From positions 248,001 through 312,000 of the forward strand of contig MU063738.1 in the NCBI GenBank assembly GCA_013265495.1: 64,000 nucleotides of DNA, written 5' to 3'. Both the position numbers and the translations under genes were made by a program. The notes below the pieces were generated by a model. The model saw only the letters and a list, made by a program, of their open reading frames with translations. It did not search any database and was not told the DNA's origin. Source of the DNA: Vicugna vicugna (taxonomy: Eukaryota). Positions 1 to 11,091 of the stretch are shown in pieces; positions within the stretch are counted from its first letter, which is position 1; every line of letters begins with the position of its first letter.

Positions 1-109
1 GAATCAAATATCTAGAAATAAATTTAACAAAAGTGCTGCGGGCAGAGTGTCCGCACGTGTGTCTGTGGTGTTCACCCCACCGCTCCGCCCACAGCGTCCT
101 CCTGCAGCC

Positions 110-278
110 ATGAGGAGCATCTTCAAGAGGAACCAGGAGCCTGCGGTGGCTCCCGCCACCACCGCCGCGCCTGTCGGGCCCACAGACAACACCACGGAGA
201 GCGGGGGTGCTGGGAAGACCAAGGACGTGTTTGCCAAGATGGGGGAGCAGTTCTTCAATGACATGAAGCTGATCCCCT
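110..278 (+). CDS. SYT2: SYT2 coding exon 1 (luminal domain); acceptor probably acag at 91-94
   Basis: gccATG at 110; [11 protein letters not shown]...FFNDMKLIP; N-glycosylation sequon NTT; donor CCT|gtgagt at 279. Confidence 0.95.
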
Positions 279-3200
279 GTGAGTGCCCCTCGCGCCCGGG
301 GGCCGGGCTGGGGCCCTGTGGGTGGGACGGCTGAGACCCTGCCCGGATTACTGGGGGACCCACTTCGGGGGGTTGGCAGTGTGGTCTGGCAGTAACGAGG
401 GAAGGAGGGGCTTTATGCCCTGACCACACGCCCAGAGGCAAAATGTTCCTGTAATGTAGGAGACTGTCGGAAGAGAAGATAAAAAGTGACGGGACAGAAA
501 CCGTCATTCACGTTTCTAGCCACACTCTGAAACCGCTTTATTTCAGACAATAGAACATAAAAGCCCCCTGCTTCCTGGATTTCTGGTCCAGTCCAGGGAG
601 CCAGCCCGCTGGGAGACGGTGCTTCAGGCCCATCCCCAAAGCCTGCAGGAGCTGAGGGCGCTTGCCTTCCGACCCTCGGCCAGGGCGGACAAGGCCCCAC
701 CCACCCTGCAAGGGTCCAAGCAGAGCCTGCGGTGCAGGCTGCAGCCACCAGGGCCCTGCGGACAGGAGGGCCCCCCGGGGTGTGGCCTGCACGCCAGCCA
801 GTCCTAGGTGTGGGGAGCACATGGGTGGGGCCGCGGCCTCGCCCAGGCCTCTGGGGGCTGCGGGCGGCAGCCTGACGCCGTCTCCCGCGGGCAGTGCCGC
901 CCTGGGCGCTCATCGCCGTTGTGGTGCTCGTCGGCCTCCTGCTCCTCACCTGCTGCTTCTGCATCTGCAAGAAGTGTTGCTGCAAGAAGAGGAAGAACAA
1001 GAAGGAGAAGGGCAAGGGCGCCAAGAGCGCCATGAGCATGAAGGACATGCGAGGGGGCCAGGTAGGGAGCCCGTCCCCTCGCCCGCAGGTCCCTCCCCTC
1101 AGCTCGCAGCGGCCCCGCTTTCCCCAGGGTTCTTTGGGAGACAGTTCCTGCCCGAGGAACCGGCATGGAGGGTGGAAGGAGGGGCCTGTTTCGAGTCGTC
1201 AGCCTTGGAGCGGTGGCCTCCAGTGCGCGCATGGGTGTGTGTGAGCACACGTGTGCGTGTGTGCACGTGTGAGCACGCGTGTGGGCACGTGAGAGTGCGT
1301 GTGAGCACACGTGTGCTGGGGCCCCCCAACGGGGCGGGTCTGAGCTGCAGGGTCTCTCACCACTGTCTTCTTCCTTCCTCTCCCATCTGCGGTGCACCCG
1401 GACTGCACTCCTGGTATGTGTTGCCCGGGCTGGGGGAGCAGGGGCCATGATGGTGCTGCCCTGCATCCCTTGACGTTCCCTCCTCCCCCAGCCCCCCAGG
1501 ACGATGACGACGCCGAGACGGGCCTGACGGAGGGGGAGGGGGAGGGGGAGGAGGAGAAGGAGCCAGAGAACCTGGGGAAGCTGCAGTTCTCCCTGGACTA
1601 CGACTTCCAGGCCAACCAGGTGTGTGGGGCCGGAGTGGGGGGCTGGGTCTGCAGGGAGGGGCCCGGCAGGCTGCCCACCGCCCTGGCCACAGAAGTGCCT
1701 TCCCAGCTTCGGTTTCTCCAAGCGTCCCTCCGGCACCGCGCGCCCCCACCCCTGGGCTGACCTGGCCACGCTCTCTCCCCACAGCTCACAGTCGGCGTCC
1801 TGCAGGCCGCAGAACTGCCTGCCCTGGACATGGGGGGCACCTCAGACCCTTACGTCAAAGTCTTCCTCCTCCCAGACAAGAAGAAGAAATATGAGACCAA
1901 AGTCCATCGGAAGACACTGAACCCTGCCTTCAACGAGACCTTCACCTTCAAGGTCCTCCCAGCCCTTCCCCTGTCCTGTAGGGCAGCTGAGGCCCTGGCC
2001 CAGTCCGGCCGGGGACCATGGCCTCCCCCAGAGCCCGGGGGCTTCTCTCTGAGTCCGCACGGCAGCCCCCACACTGCCCTGAACCTGCCCCTGCCCCTGC
2101 CCTGCAGGTGCCGTACCAGGAGCTGGGGGGCAAGACCCTGGTGATGGCCATCTACGACTTTGACCGCTTCTCCAAACACGACATCATCGGGGAGGTGAAA
2201 GTGCCCATGAACACCGTGGACCTCGGGCAGCCCATCGAGGAGTGGCGGGACCTGCAGGGCGGTGAGAAGGAAGAGGTGAGGTCGGCTCCACACCCCGCCT
2301 GGGGCCCTTGTCCCTGGGCAGCGAGGATGCCCACCTGTGAGCGCGGACAGCGGCCAGGCACTCAGGTGGACGGGACACGTCAGTCTTCTCCCCACAGGGA
2401 GCCCCCGTGCTCTGGAGGGTCCCCGCAGGGGCCCGTCTCCCCTTCACCAGATCACTGAGCCCCTGCCGTGCACCAGAAATTCCATTTTAGCCGCCGCCCT
2501 GCCAAGCACCGGCCGTCTGTCTTGGCATAGCCCCCGAGTGCACAGCACCAGGCGCCGAGGGGGCCCAGGCTGCCTGGAGGAAGGGCCAACACCCTGCTCG
2601 GGACGTGGGTGTGGTGGGCGGCCTCGGCCAGGCTCGAGGTCCGACCTTCCTCACATCAGAGGGGACTCAGTCTCAGCGGGATGGGGTCAGCCCTGCTGGA
2701 GGCGGGGTGGGGGCGGCTGAGACGACCCGCACCCACCCACAGCCAGAGAAGCTGGGTGACATCTGCACCTCCCTGCGCTACGTGCCCACGGCTGGGAAGC
2801 TCACTGTCTGCATCCTGGAGGCCAAGAACCTGAAGAAGATGGACGTGGGCGGCCTCTCAGGTGCGTGTGGAGCCCCTGCTGCTGACGGGGGCACGGCTGG
2901 AGCCGCAGATCCCACCCTCCCACCTGCTGGGGGAGCGCGTGGGGTGGGGCGCAGGGCCGCTCTGACCGGTGCTCTCCCCGCAGACCCCTACGTGAAGATC
3001 CACCTCATGCAGAATGGCAAGAGGCTCAAGAAGAAGAAGACGACGGTGAAGAAGAAGACCCTGAACCCCTACTTCAACGAGTCCTTCAGCTTCGAGATCC
3101 CCTTCGAGCAGATCCAGGTGCGGGGCGCCGCGGGGCCGGGGCTGGTCTCTCCCTCGTGCTGGGGAGGTGCTCCCCCGGGACGGGTCCTGCCACCGCTACC

Positions 3201-4235
3201 CTTGAGGCTCTTCATGGAGCACGGGCAGCGTAACGCTGGGCCCGGAGGGTCCTGCTGCCGGAAGCGGAGACGCACGGTTACAGGCCCAGAGCCCGCAGAA
3301 CGACCCCGCCCCCAGCCGCCCAGTTTAGACCCCTCCTCACCCTGTTCCCCCATCTGCCTGACACACCTTCTGAGTGTCTTGCTGGTGCTGGAGAAGCACG
3401 TGAGAAGACGCCGTCCTTGCTCCCAAGGAGCTGTGGTCGGGAGGGGCAATATGCAGGGAGAGGGGCTTTGGGGTGCGGGGACCCAGGGGACCGTGACAAC
3501 CCAGCCCCTCCAACTGGTTCACCCCAAACGCCCCCACTTCCACCCCCACCACATGGCCAGCTGCAGACCTTTAGTGTCCACCGCTGAGACCCCCACAGCC
3601 CTGACTGGGGTCCTCCCTCCAGGCCTTCCTCCTGCAGCGACTCTCCCACCAAGACCCGGGTCCCCTTCTACAGGGTCCCCGCTGCCCCTCCCGCAGCTTC
3701 CCTCCTGGGCTTCTCTCCTGCCTTCCCTCTGCCTTCACCTCCCGGTTCACACCGCTCCCTCCTGAGGCCTGCCTTGCCGGTGGGGCAGGACGGTCCCCCC
3801 ACCCTGGGCCCCGCGTTCCCTCGCTGGCATCCCTAGCACAGCCTTCAGCGCTTTGCGCTGGGAGCTTGGGAGGCAGTGCCTGACCCCTCCCAGGCGCTCG
3901 GAGCTTGGAGCTGGAGCGCCACTCGGTGAGAGGGGTGGGAACGGAGGTCGTGCCGGCGCTGGAGGCAGGCCCCGGAGAGGCTGGTCAGGGGAGCCGGCCT
4001 CCCCGCCCATGCCTGCTGTCCCCTGCAGAAGGTCCAGGTCGTGGTCACCGTGCTGGACTATGACAAGCTGGGCAAGAACGAGGCCATCGGCAAGATCTTC
4101 GTGGGCAGCAGCGCCACGGGCACGGAGCTGCGGCACTGGTCCGACATGCTGGCCAACCCCCGCCGGCCCATCGCGCAGTGGCACTCGCTCAAGCCCGAGG
4201 AGGAGGTGGACGCGCTTCTGGGCAAGAACAAGTAG
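110..4235 (+). CDS. SYT2: Synaptotagmin-2, complete spliced CDS join(110..278,895..1061,1500..1619,1785..1952,2108..2275,2743..2860,2984..3117,4029..4235), 1251 nt = 416 aa + stop
   Basis: Exon translations give [11 protein letters not shown]...TM ([25 protein letters not shown]), C2A ([18 protein letters not shown]), C2B ([20 protein letters not shown]) and the [18 protein letters not shown] end. All introns are GT-AG with matching phases. Confidence 0.98.
895..1061 (+). CDS. SYT2: SYT2 coding exon 2 (transmembrane helix, Cys cluster, basic linker)
   Basis: gcag|TG CCG CCC TGG ... GGC CAG|gtaggg; 167 nt. Confidence 0.97.
1223..1317. repeat. Degenerate (TG/CA/CG)n purine-pyrimidine alternation in SYT2 intron
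   Basis: gtgtgagcacacgtgtgc present twice; several CACGTG. Confidence 0.8.
1500..1619 (+). CDS. SYT2: SYT2 coding exon 3 (acidic linker, start of C2A)
   Basis: cccag|GAC GAT GAC GAC ([40 protein letters not shown])|gtgtgt; 120 nt. Confidence 0.97.
1785..1952 (+). CDS. SYT2: SYT2 coding exon 4 (C2A)
   Basis: acag|[25 protein letters not shown]...FTFK|gtcctc; 168 nt. Confidence 0.96.
2108..2275 (+). CDS. SYT2: SYT2 coding exon 5 (C2A)
   Basis: ctgcag|[25 protein letters not shown]...GGEKEE|gtgagg; 168 nt. Confidence 0.97.
2743..2860 (+). CDS. SYT2: SYT2 coding exon 6 (C2B start)
   Basis: cacag|[40 protein letters not shown]|gtgcgt; 118 nt. Confidence 0.97.
2984..3117 (+). CDS. SYT2: SYT2 coding exon 7 (C2B polybasic patch)
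   Basis: cgcag|(D)[44 protein letters not shown]|gtgcgg; 134 nt. Confidence 0.97.
4029..4235 (+). CDS. SYT2: SYT2 last coding exon (C2B end, stop TAG 4233-4235)
   Basis: ctgcag|[24 protein letters not shown]...LLGKNK*; 207 nt. Confidence 0.97.
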   Translation, partial: KVQVVVTVLDYDKLGKNEAIGKIFVGSSATGTELRHWSDMLANPRRPIAQWHSLKPEEEVDALLGKNK

Positions 4236-7200
4236 GGCGGCGGCCGGCGCGAGGCGGGCGCTGCGCGGCTCGGCCCAGCTGTGCAGCCCAGAGGCTCCTC
4301 CTCCACTGTCCAGTTGTGCCCCTGCCCCTGTCCTCCCTCCTCTTAAAGACCGCCCTCCCTCCGGTGGCTGTGAGGAGCGGCCCCGCAGAGGCGGAGGAGA
4401 AGCCTGGCTCTCATCGCCCCCCGGGCCTGTCCTTGCTGCATGCCCGCACGCCCTCGCCCCACAGCTCCACCCGGGCCTCGGCCCGCAAGGCTCCTCCTGT
4501 TTCCCGAGCGCCTGGACCAGCAAGATGGCAGCACCTGCTGTTTCCCGGCAGAAGGCAGCGCCGTGGCCGACGACCCGTGTGGGCGGCTCTCCTGGAGGGG
4601 GGCTGGGCTGGTGAGGCGTGCGGGACCCCAACCAAGAGCATCCACTGTGCAAGAGGGCGGCCCTCCTGCGAGAGGCCCCTGCAGCCCCCAGGCGGCTGTG
4701 TGGGAAGCCAGGTTTTCCAGAGCTCGGCCGAACCCTGATGCCAGCCGGGCCTCCCCTCCCCCACTGCCAGGGGCTTTCTGGACAAGAGGACTGAACCCTT
4801 GGCTGGACTGGCCTGTCAGTCCCGGGACAACAGTTCACATCAAACCATGAAGAAGCAGAAGCCCCATTTCCCCGAAACAGCGAATGAAGCCACGGGAGAC
4901 GGAGGCTGGCACTCACCCCCCACTCACGCCTGCGCTTTTCCCTTTTCCTCTGAGTGGAGCAGTGCTATCTGAAGGCCCACTACCTGTTCAGAGCCAGAGC
5001 ACCTTGAAGGGAAGGTTTCAATTCCTTAGTTCCCCCGAGGCCCAGGTAAGAAGGGGAGGACGGGGCGGATGGAACACAGAGCCCCCTTCCCCCCTCGCAC
5101 CTATGGGAGGGGGCTGCGGGGGGGCTGCCATTCCTTAGGGGGCTTCTCTGTGAGTCCCAAGGAGCCGGCGTCCTTTCCAGATGGTGGTGGAGGACGCCGC
5201 ACAGTCACTTGTGTGCCCTCCCCTTTGGTCCCCAGCGTTGATAAAAGCCATATATATGTTAGTCAAGTTTGCACTGAGTCTCCTTCCAAACTTCCGCCTG
5301 GGTGAGAGCGTCGGCCCCCACTTGGCCACCCTGGCCTCCCTTCAGCCCCAGGCCCTCGCCGTCCCTGCACCACAGAACACCCGTGGCTTTCCCAGAGCTC
5401 GGACTGTCTCCCCTTTCCCAGAGAAAACGGCAGCATGGCCTGTCCTGCCCCGTCCTGGCCACCTCGGGTCCCGTGGCTCCTGAGACGGGGCCAGCAGGAG
5501 GAAGGTGCCGTGTCTTGGAAGGAAGGGAGAAGGGCCTGGGTCTCCGCTTGGCCGCATTCCGTGGTTGGAGTTGCTGGTGAGGAAGCCCCTCCACACCAGC
5601 AACAGGCTGGGAGGCAGGGCCCCGCCTGGCCCATCTCAGGACCCCAGCTCCTTCCTGCCCGCGGCCCTCGGCTTTCACTGGGCTGTGTGTGTTTACTAGG
5701 ACGCGGACGATGCCTGTGAGCTCTGGTCCTTGGGGCCAGAGTCGTGGGACAAAAGGGAGCCCTCGGGACCTGCGTGACCACAAAGCAGAGTGTCCCGGCC
5801 TGGACACCAGGGGTCACTGGACTCTCCCCCCCCCCCAGAGCTGTGGGACTTGGTGCTTTCTCAGGGTCTCCCCTGCCGTATCCCACAGACCGTGTCTGCG
5901 GCAGCCCCCATCACTCTCACCTGACCCTCCCCACGCACCTTCTAGTGCCCCGGGGTCTTCTCTGCCAGGCACACCTCCTCCGCCCTCCCCGCCCGAGACT
6001 TGCCTCCCTCCTGACGGGAAGGAGTGAACAGGAGCTCCTTACGGGTGGGGGGCCGTGTCTGGCAAGGCACAGGGCTGTGGCTTGCCCTGGGCCCCTCTGG
6101 TGAGCAGCCTGAGGGGTGGGGACAGGTTGCTGAGAGGCTGAGTGGGCATCGGGGTGTCCTCCCTGGGGTCTGGCTGGTCCTGGGTGGGCACTTGGCCTGG
6201 ACAAGCTGTCCCAGCACAAGGGTTTGTGAGTTTTCTGCACTTGAGGGTGGTCACTCAAACCCCAGGGCATCTTCCTTGCTATTAGGCGTGCTGCTGGGGG
6301 CCAAGTGCTGGGGCGCAGGCCCCGAGTGGGACGGACAGACTAAGCTTCTGGTGGGGCGGTTCTGGGGCCCCCCCACCCCGGCTGCCAGTTTTCAGTCCTA
6401 AGTCTATTCCAGAGAAAGGAAAACAGCGGAGGTGATTTTTCACAAAGGGACTGAGACCCATCCCACCCAGAATCTGGAGGTGAGGCCAGAAAGCTCTGTT
6501 TTCTGCTCTCTCCTTGAACAATCATTTCAGAATGGGAGCTAATCGCCAGGGCCATGGGCAGGTTTTCGGATGCCGGCCGCAGAGCTGAGGTCTGGGGGAA
6601 GAAGCCTTGGCAGCCCCAGACGTGTGGCCAGGTGCCGGGTGTGGATGAGGAATGCCCCCGAGGTCCCTCAGCTGGCGGAGGGGGGACAGCAGGGCCGAAA
6701 CAGCCTTCTTCTTCCCAGGAAACCATATGCATCTTGTGCTTCTGCAGAATCAGTCTGGGACAATTTTGCTGGTCCAGGGCTTCAGCGGGGGGGAGGGGGA
6801 CCCCATGGGTCGACCCAGCACCCTATAAACCTGCTCTCAGTGGGGGTGCTGGGTGAGCAGACAGCTGGTCGGGGAGACAGAGGGTCCCTGTCTTTTCAGT
6901 GTCTGGGGTTAATCCTCAGTCTCCTCGAATTAACCTCACAGAGAGGGGGTCCCTGGCGCTCCCACCCCCAAAAAGGCAGGAAGAGGCAGAGCCAGGAACT
7001 GCCCTCCTCCCCCACCACGGACCCTCCTCCCACCCGCTGCCTGCCTCAGGCTGGTGGAGGCCCTGGGTGCTGGCAGGTGGACGAGTCCCCAGGCTGGGTC
7101 GTGGTGGCACACAGCCCCGTGACATGGCTGCCAGCTGTGGCGATGACAATACAGGGCACCAAGTTAAGTTTGGGTTTCGGGTAAACAAAGAATGCTGAAG

Positions 7201-8978
7201 TGTCAGTCGGTCCCAGAGGACACACAGGACACGCTGCCCCTCCCGAAACTCAGACCTAGCTGGCCCCCCGCTGCCTTCCAGCCCTGGCCCCCTGCCGCCC
7301 CTAGCCCCGGGGGCAGGGACTGGGCGCCAGATCTTACGGCACCCATTTCTCGAGCTGCAATATTGGGAAGGGGACACTGTGACTTGAAGACACAAGAATA
7401 TATTTTTTAAGTGACGACAAAACAAGAACCTTCTGAAGCCGTCTGAGCCTCGTCTGCCCCACGTGTAATTTAGTCACATACGAAGAACACAGCTGCCCGT
7501 AAACGCGCACCCCGATCCTGGCAGTCAAGACGCATGTCCCCGAGTCTGCGCAGCCGCATGGCCATGCTGAGCTCTGCCCCCACCCTCTGGGCACAGCCGA
7601 GGCAGCGCCTTCAAGTTCACACCATGTGACGTCCATCCCGTCCCCCGCTTCATCCAACAGACCTGGTCAGAGGCTCGGGGGCCACGGGCTCCCCACTGGC
7701 CGGCCCCCAGCCGCCCCATATCCAGCCTGGTGTCCGGGTCCCGTCACTCCTGTCTGTATGTGTGGTGGCCCCTTCTGCCCACTGTTCGAATTAACTGAAA
7801 AGCCATAAAGGGGCCTCCTGCTGGAGACTTCCTCCGGGAGCCCCCGTGTCCCTGACTGGCTCCCCACAGGTCACTTGCGAAGGGCTCGCCATCGTCACCC
7901 CTGCCTTCAGCCCCGTGTCGTGTCATGAGGACGGATGGTGCCCAGGGCTTCTGGTGGGGCTCCATGGACGTCCTGGCAGCCCCGCGCCCTCACCTGGGTT
8001 TGATGGTCCAAATCCATCTCCACTGGGTGGACAGGCAGTGGTGGGGGCTCCACAGTTGGGCCCCAAGGAGGCGACCAGGAGTCTCAGAAGCTGTCAGCAG
8101 CTTGGTCTGTGGTCAGGCCCCCAGGACCACCTGGGTTGACAGACTCAGCCCTGCTTACTTAACCCAGTGGCGTTGGGGGCCATGGACAGTGGTGGGTAGG
8201 ACCTCGGGGGGAACACAGTGGGCGAAGCTCCCCCACGAGCTCCCTCCTGCCGTCGGGCAGGGAGACCCCTGGAGGGGGCCTCCTCTGAGGGTGGTGGTGC
8301 CGGTCTGGCTTCAAGGGACACTCAGGAGAGACTCCTGCAGACCCTCCGCTAGCTCCCCAGGCCAACACCAGCCAGCTGACCCCTGAGGGAGGAAGGGAGG
8401 TGGGGGGGGACTGAGGGCTGAACCGAGGGACGTGTGCGCCCGGCCTGCAGCCCCAAGCCGGGCACCTGATGGGACGAGGGAGGGGAGGGGGAGTGCTGGG
8501 AGGTGGGCTCCACGCTTTACACACCAGGACCCTTGTGCTGGGGTATGGAGGGCGATGCCTTCTCAGCCCTGGGACCCTCCCCTCCCCACACCCCCCAGGG
8601 GAGACAGACATGGAGGAGGCAGCTGAGGGCCTGCCTGGCCAGCAAGGTGGCTGTGCTGGGCGAGAGCCCTCCTCAGCTGCTGGGACCCCAGGACCCTTGT
8701 CTAAGGAGCTCAGCGTACTGCCCTGACTCCTCCAAAGTTTTGATTTGCTGCTTCTGAAATCCTGGGATCTGAAAACCTCCAGACCGCGGTGGGCAGGCCC
8801 CAGGCCACCTGGGACTGCACGGCCCCACCAGGACCCTGCTTTTGTCGTCACTGGAAAGACGTGTGTGTAGCCCACCCTCTGGCTCCCGCTTGGCAATGCC
8901 CCCACCCCCCTTACGTGGACCCTTGTTCTTGTCTGATCTCTTGTCAAATTGTCATTTTGTAACAAGCTGCATCTCCTT

Positions 8979-8984
8979 ATTAAA
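8979..8984 (+). terminator. Candidate SYT2 poly(A) signal ATTAAA (3'UTR ~4.75 kb)
   Basis: ATTAAA in an AT-rich island; TGTA at 8958-8961 upstream; GT-rich tract (gtgtggggtggggg...ggttgtt) downstream. Confidence 0.55.
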
Positions 8985-10167
8985 GAAATGAGCTGAAAGG
9001 AGTGTGGGGTGGGGGTGCCTCTGGTTGTTCCTGCTGGGCTCAAGGAGACCAGACCGGCTCTCCCCAGGTGGGTGGGGGGCACACGGGACCCTCACAGCCA
9101 CTTTCTGGAGGAAGGTCTTCGGGGAGGCTGGGGATTTCCTTCCAGCAGAGCTGGGCTCGGGGCCAGCCACAGTCTAAGTCCCAAGAACTCAGGTGGCTGG
9201 CCCCGGGGAACGGGCGTTTGAACAGTGAGAATTCCTGCGAAGTCCTCCATCGCAAAGACCTCCGAGGCAAAGGTGTTGGGGCCAAGGATAGGGTCTCAAG
9301 GATTTTTAAGGAAAGAGGAAGCAGGGCAGGACCCCCTCGCCCCCCACCGACCTGGGTCTCACCTCAGCCTCTGGGCCCGTCTCCTGGGTGAGAGCCTGGT
9401 CTCTGCGGCGGGTGGAAGGCAGCACCCGCGCTTGGGTCCACACCCCGGGGTGTGAAGGCAGTCAGGCTGGGCTCGGGGGCGGGTGAGGTGGGCGTTGAGT
9501 CTGTTCGGTGCGAGGGCTGGGCAGACTTTCGGGGACAGCGGGAGGGGCTGGACCTCATGGCCGTTCGGTGATGCCCAGTCTCTGCCAACTGCCAGGTCCA
9601 GTGGGGACCCAGACAACCGACGTTGCTGGCTGGAAGCCCTCACGCCAGACCTGCTCCCGGGCCAGGGCAGTCTGAACTCTCTGTCCACGATTTGGGACAT
9701 AGCAGCTGAGTGTCCGCAGGGAGGAGGAGTCCCCCCTCCCTGACTGCCTGCAGTCCGACTCAGCGAGGGGGCGAGCAAACCAGAGGGCGCTGGGGCTGGA
9801 GAGGGACCAGCTGCGCGAGGCCAGGTCTGGCCCTCCTCTGAGTTTGGACTTAACCTCCGATGACCTCTCAGCTGCTTTTACAGTTTGGAGCCATGGAGTG
9901 GTTCTGGCTCTCCGGAACCGAGCGGTGGCCTCGGACAGACCACTCTGCACATACAGAGGGCGGACACCCTGGGAGCCTAGGGGCCCACGGTCTGGGCCCC
10001 AGCCACGTGCGAGCATCAGCGCCTGTCATTGGAGGTGGGGCCTCGGTCCTTCTGAGCCCCTGGGACCGAGGGATGACGACATAAAATTAGAACAGCCTGG
10101 CCCAGGTGCGAGATGCTGTAAAGCCCATTTCCTACACTGGAGACACAGTCACAAAGTTGAAACACGG

Positions 10168-10173
10168 TTTAAT
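10168..10173 (-). terminator. Candidate distal PPP1R12B poly(A) signal ATTAAA
   Basis: Plus-strand tttaat within a ~200-bp AT-rich block (10140-10340); minus-strand downstream tract gtgtttcaactttgtgactgtgt is GT/T-rich. Confidence 0.5.
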
Positions 10174-11085
10174 TTACTCCTTTATAAATACTGTTGTGTT
10201 TACAGGCATCATACAGATGTGAATATTATTCCCAAACTTTCAAACACAGAATACTTAATAATAATACTATATAATCACAACCAGTAAAACAAAATCATTC
10301 ATCTCAGGGTTGAAAGGCCACTCAAAATTGCATAAAAGTACATTCAGCTCACAAAGCGAGTCTGGGTCCTCCTTAAGCACCCAGCCCCAGCCCAGGCGTA
10401 TTTACAGCGGAGCCGAGTTAAAGCAGCTCCATCTGGTGCTTTCAAGGCAGGACGGCAGGCCCGGGGGAGGGGCGACATGGCCAGAGACAAATGCTGCCCT
10501 GCAGCGGGGAATGGAGACCCCCAGGTAGCTCCCAAGAGCTCTTCCCCGCAGATCAAAGTGATGGGGGGGCGGGGGGAGGGACCAGGAAGCTGCGGCCTGA
10601 GTCAACCAGAGAACAGGCAACAGGCGTCTCCCCCACGGGATGGGGGCACAGTCCCTCCCTCCCTGACCTGGGTGCCAGCCAAGGGGCAGCCTCAGCCTTC
10701 CAGGGGCCCAAGGGGCCCTCCCACCCCTGCAGCCCACCCCCCAGGGTCCAGGGGAGCTGGCACCCAGCCTGCCTCACGTCCAGGACCCGCACACACCCCC
10801 GTGGAGGCCTTCCCCGCATCCGCTCCTGCGAGGCAGTGCCGGCTGAGCTGCCTCCCCAGACCCACTGATGGGTTGAGCTGCTCTCCCGAGGAGACCCAGC
10901 CTGTCTCTGACAGGAAAGAGGGCCAAGTGGACCATGGCCAGGCCTCACAGCCAGGGAGCTCTGGACCTGGAAAAGCAGTGTGTGCTCCTCCAGGAACCAG
11001 GCTGATGTGAGGACGCCTCCCCTCCTAAGTGAGGAGAGGAGGAAGCACGTGGGGGCAGACAAGGAGCAGGGAGAGTGAAGGTGTG

Positions 11086-11091
11086 TTTATT
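11086..11091 (-). terminator. Candidate proximal PPP1R12B poly(A) signal AATAAA
   Basis: Plus-strand tttatt; pyrimidine-rich sequence follows on the minus strand. Confidence 0.45.

Noticed and set aside
1529-1551. G-quadruplex in the SYT2 GEGEGE codons
   Set aside because: Only three long G-runs, explained by Gly/Glu codons with G at third positions; such motifs are ubiquitous here.
2605-3765. 386-aa ORF and other long ORFs in the track (662..1450, 804..1769, 3747..4916, 8159..9082, 23695..24717)
   Set aside because: They are read-through of real exons into GC-rich introns, or antisense/off-frame shadows. Stop codons are rare at this GC content and the peptides are P/G/R/A-rich with no recognisable domain.
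3880-4700. CpG island over the SYT2 last exon as an internal promoter
   Set aside because: CpG richness is window-wide and better explained by GC drift and high GC3; no distinct promoter signature.
5269-7362. miRNA seed matches in the SYT2 3'UTR (TTGCACT 5269-5275; TGCAATA 7356-7362)
   Set aside because: Single 7-mers in a ~5-kb UTR are expected by chance, and conservation cannot be assessed here.
9760-9795. Two CTCF-like half matches between the convergent 3' ends
   Set aside because: Each has 2-3 mismatches at informative positions, which is expected by chance at this GC content.
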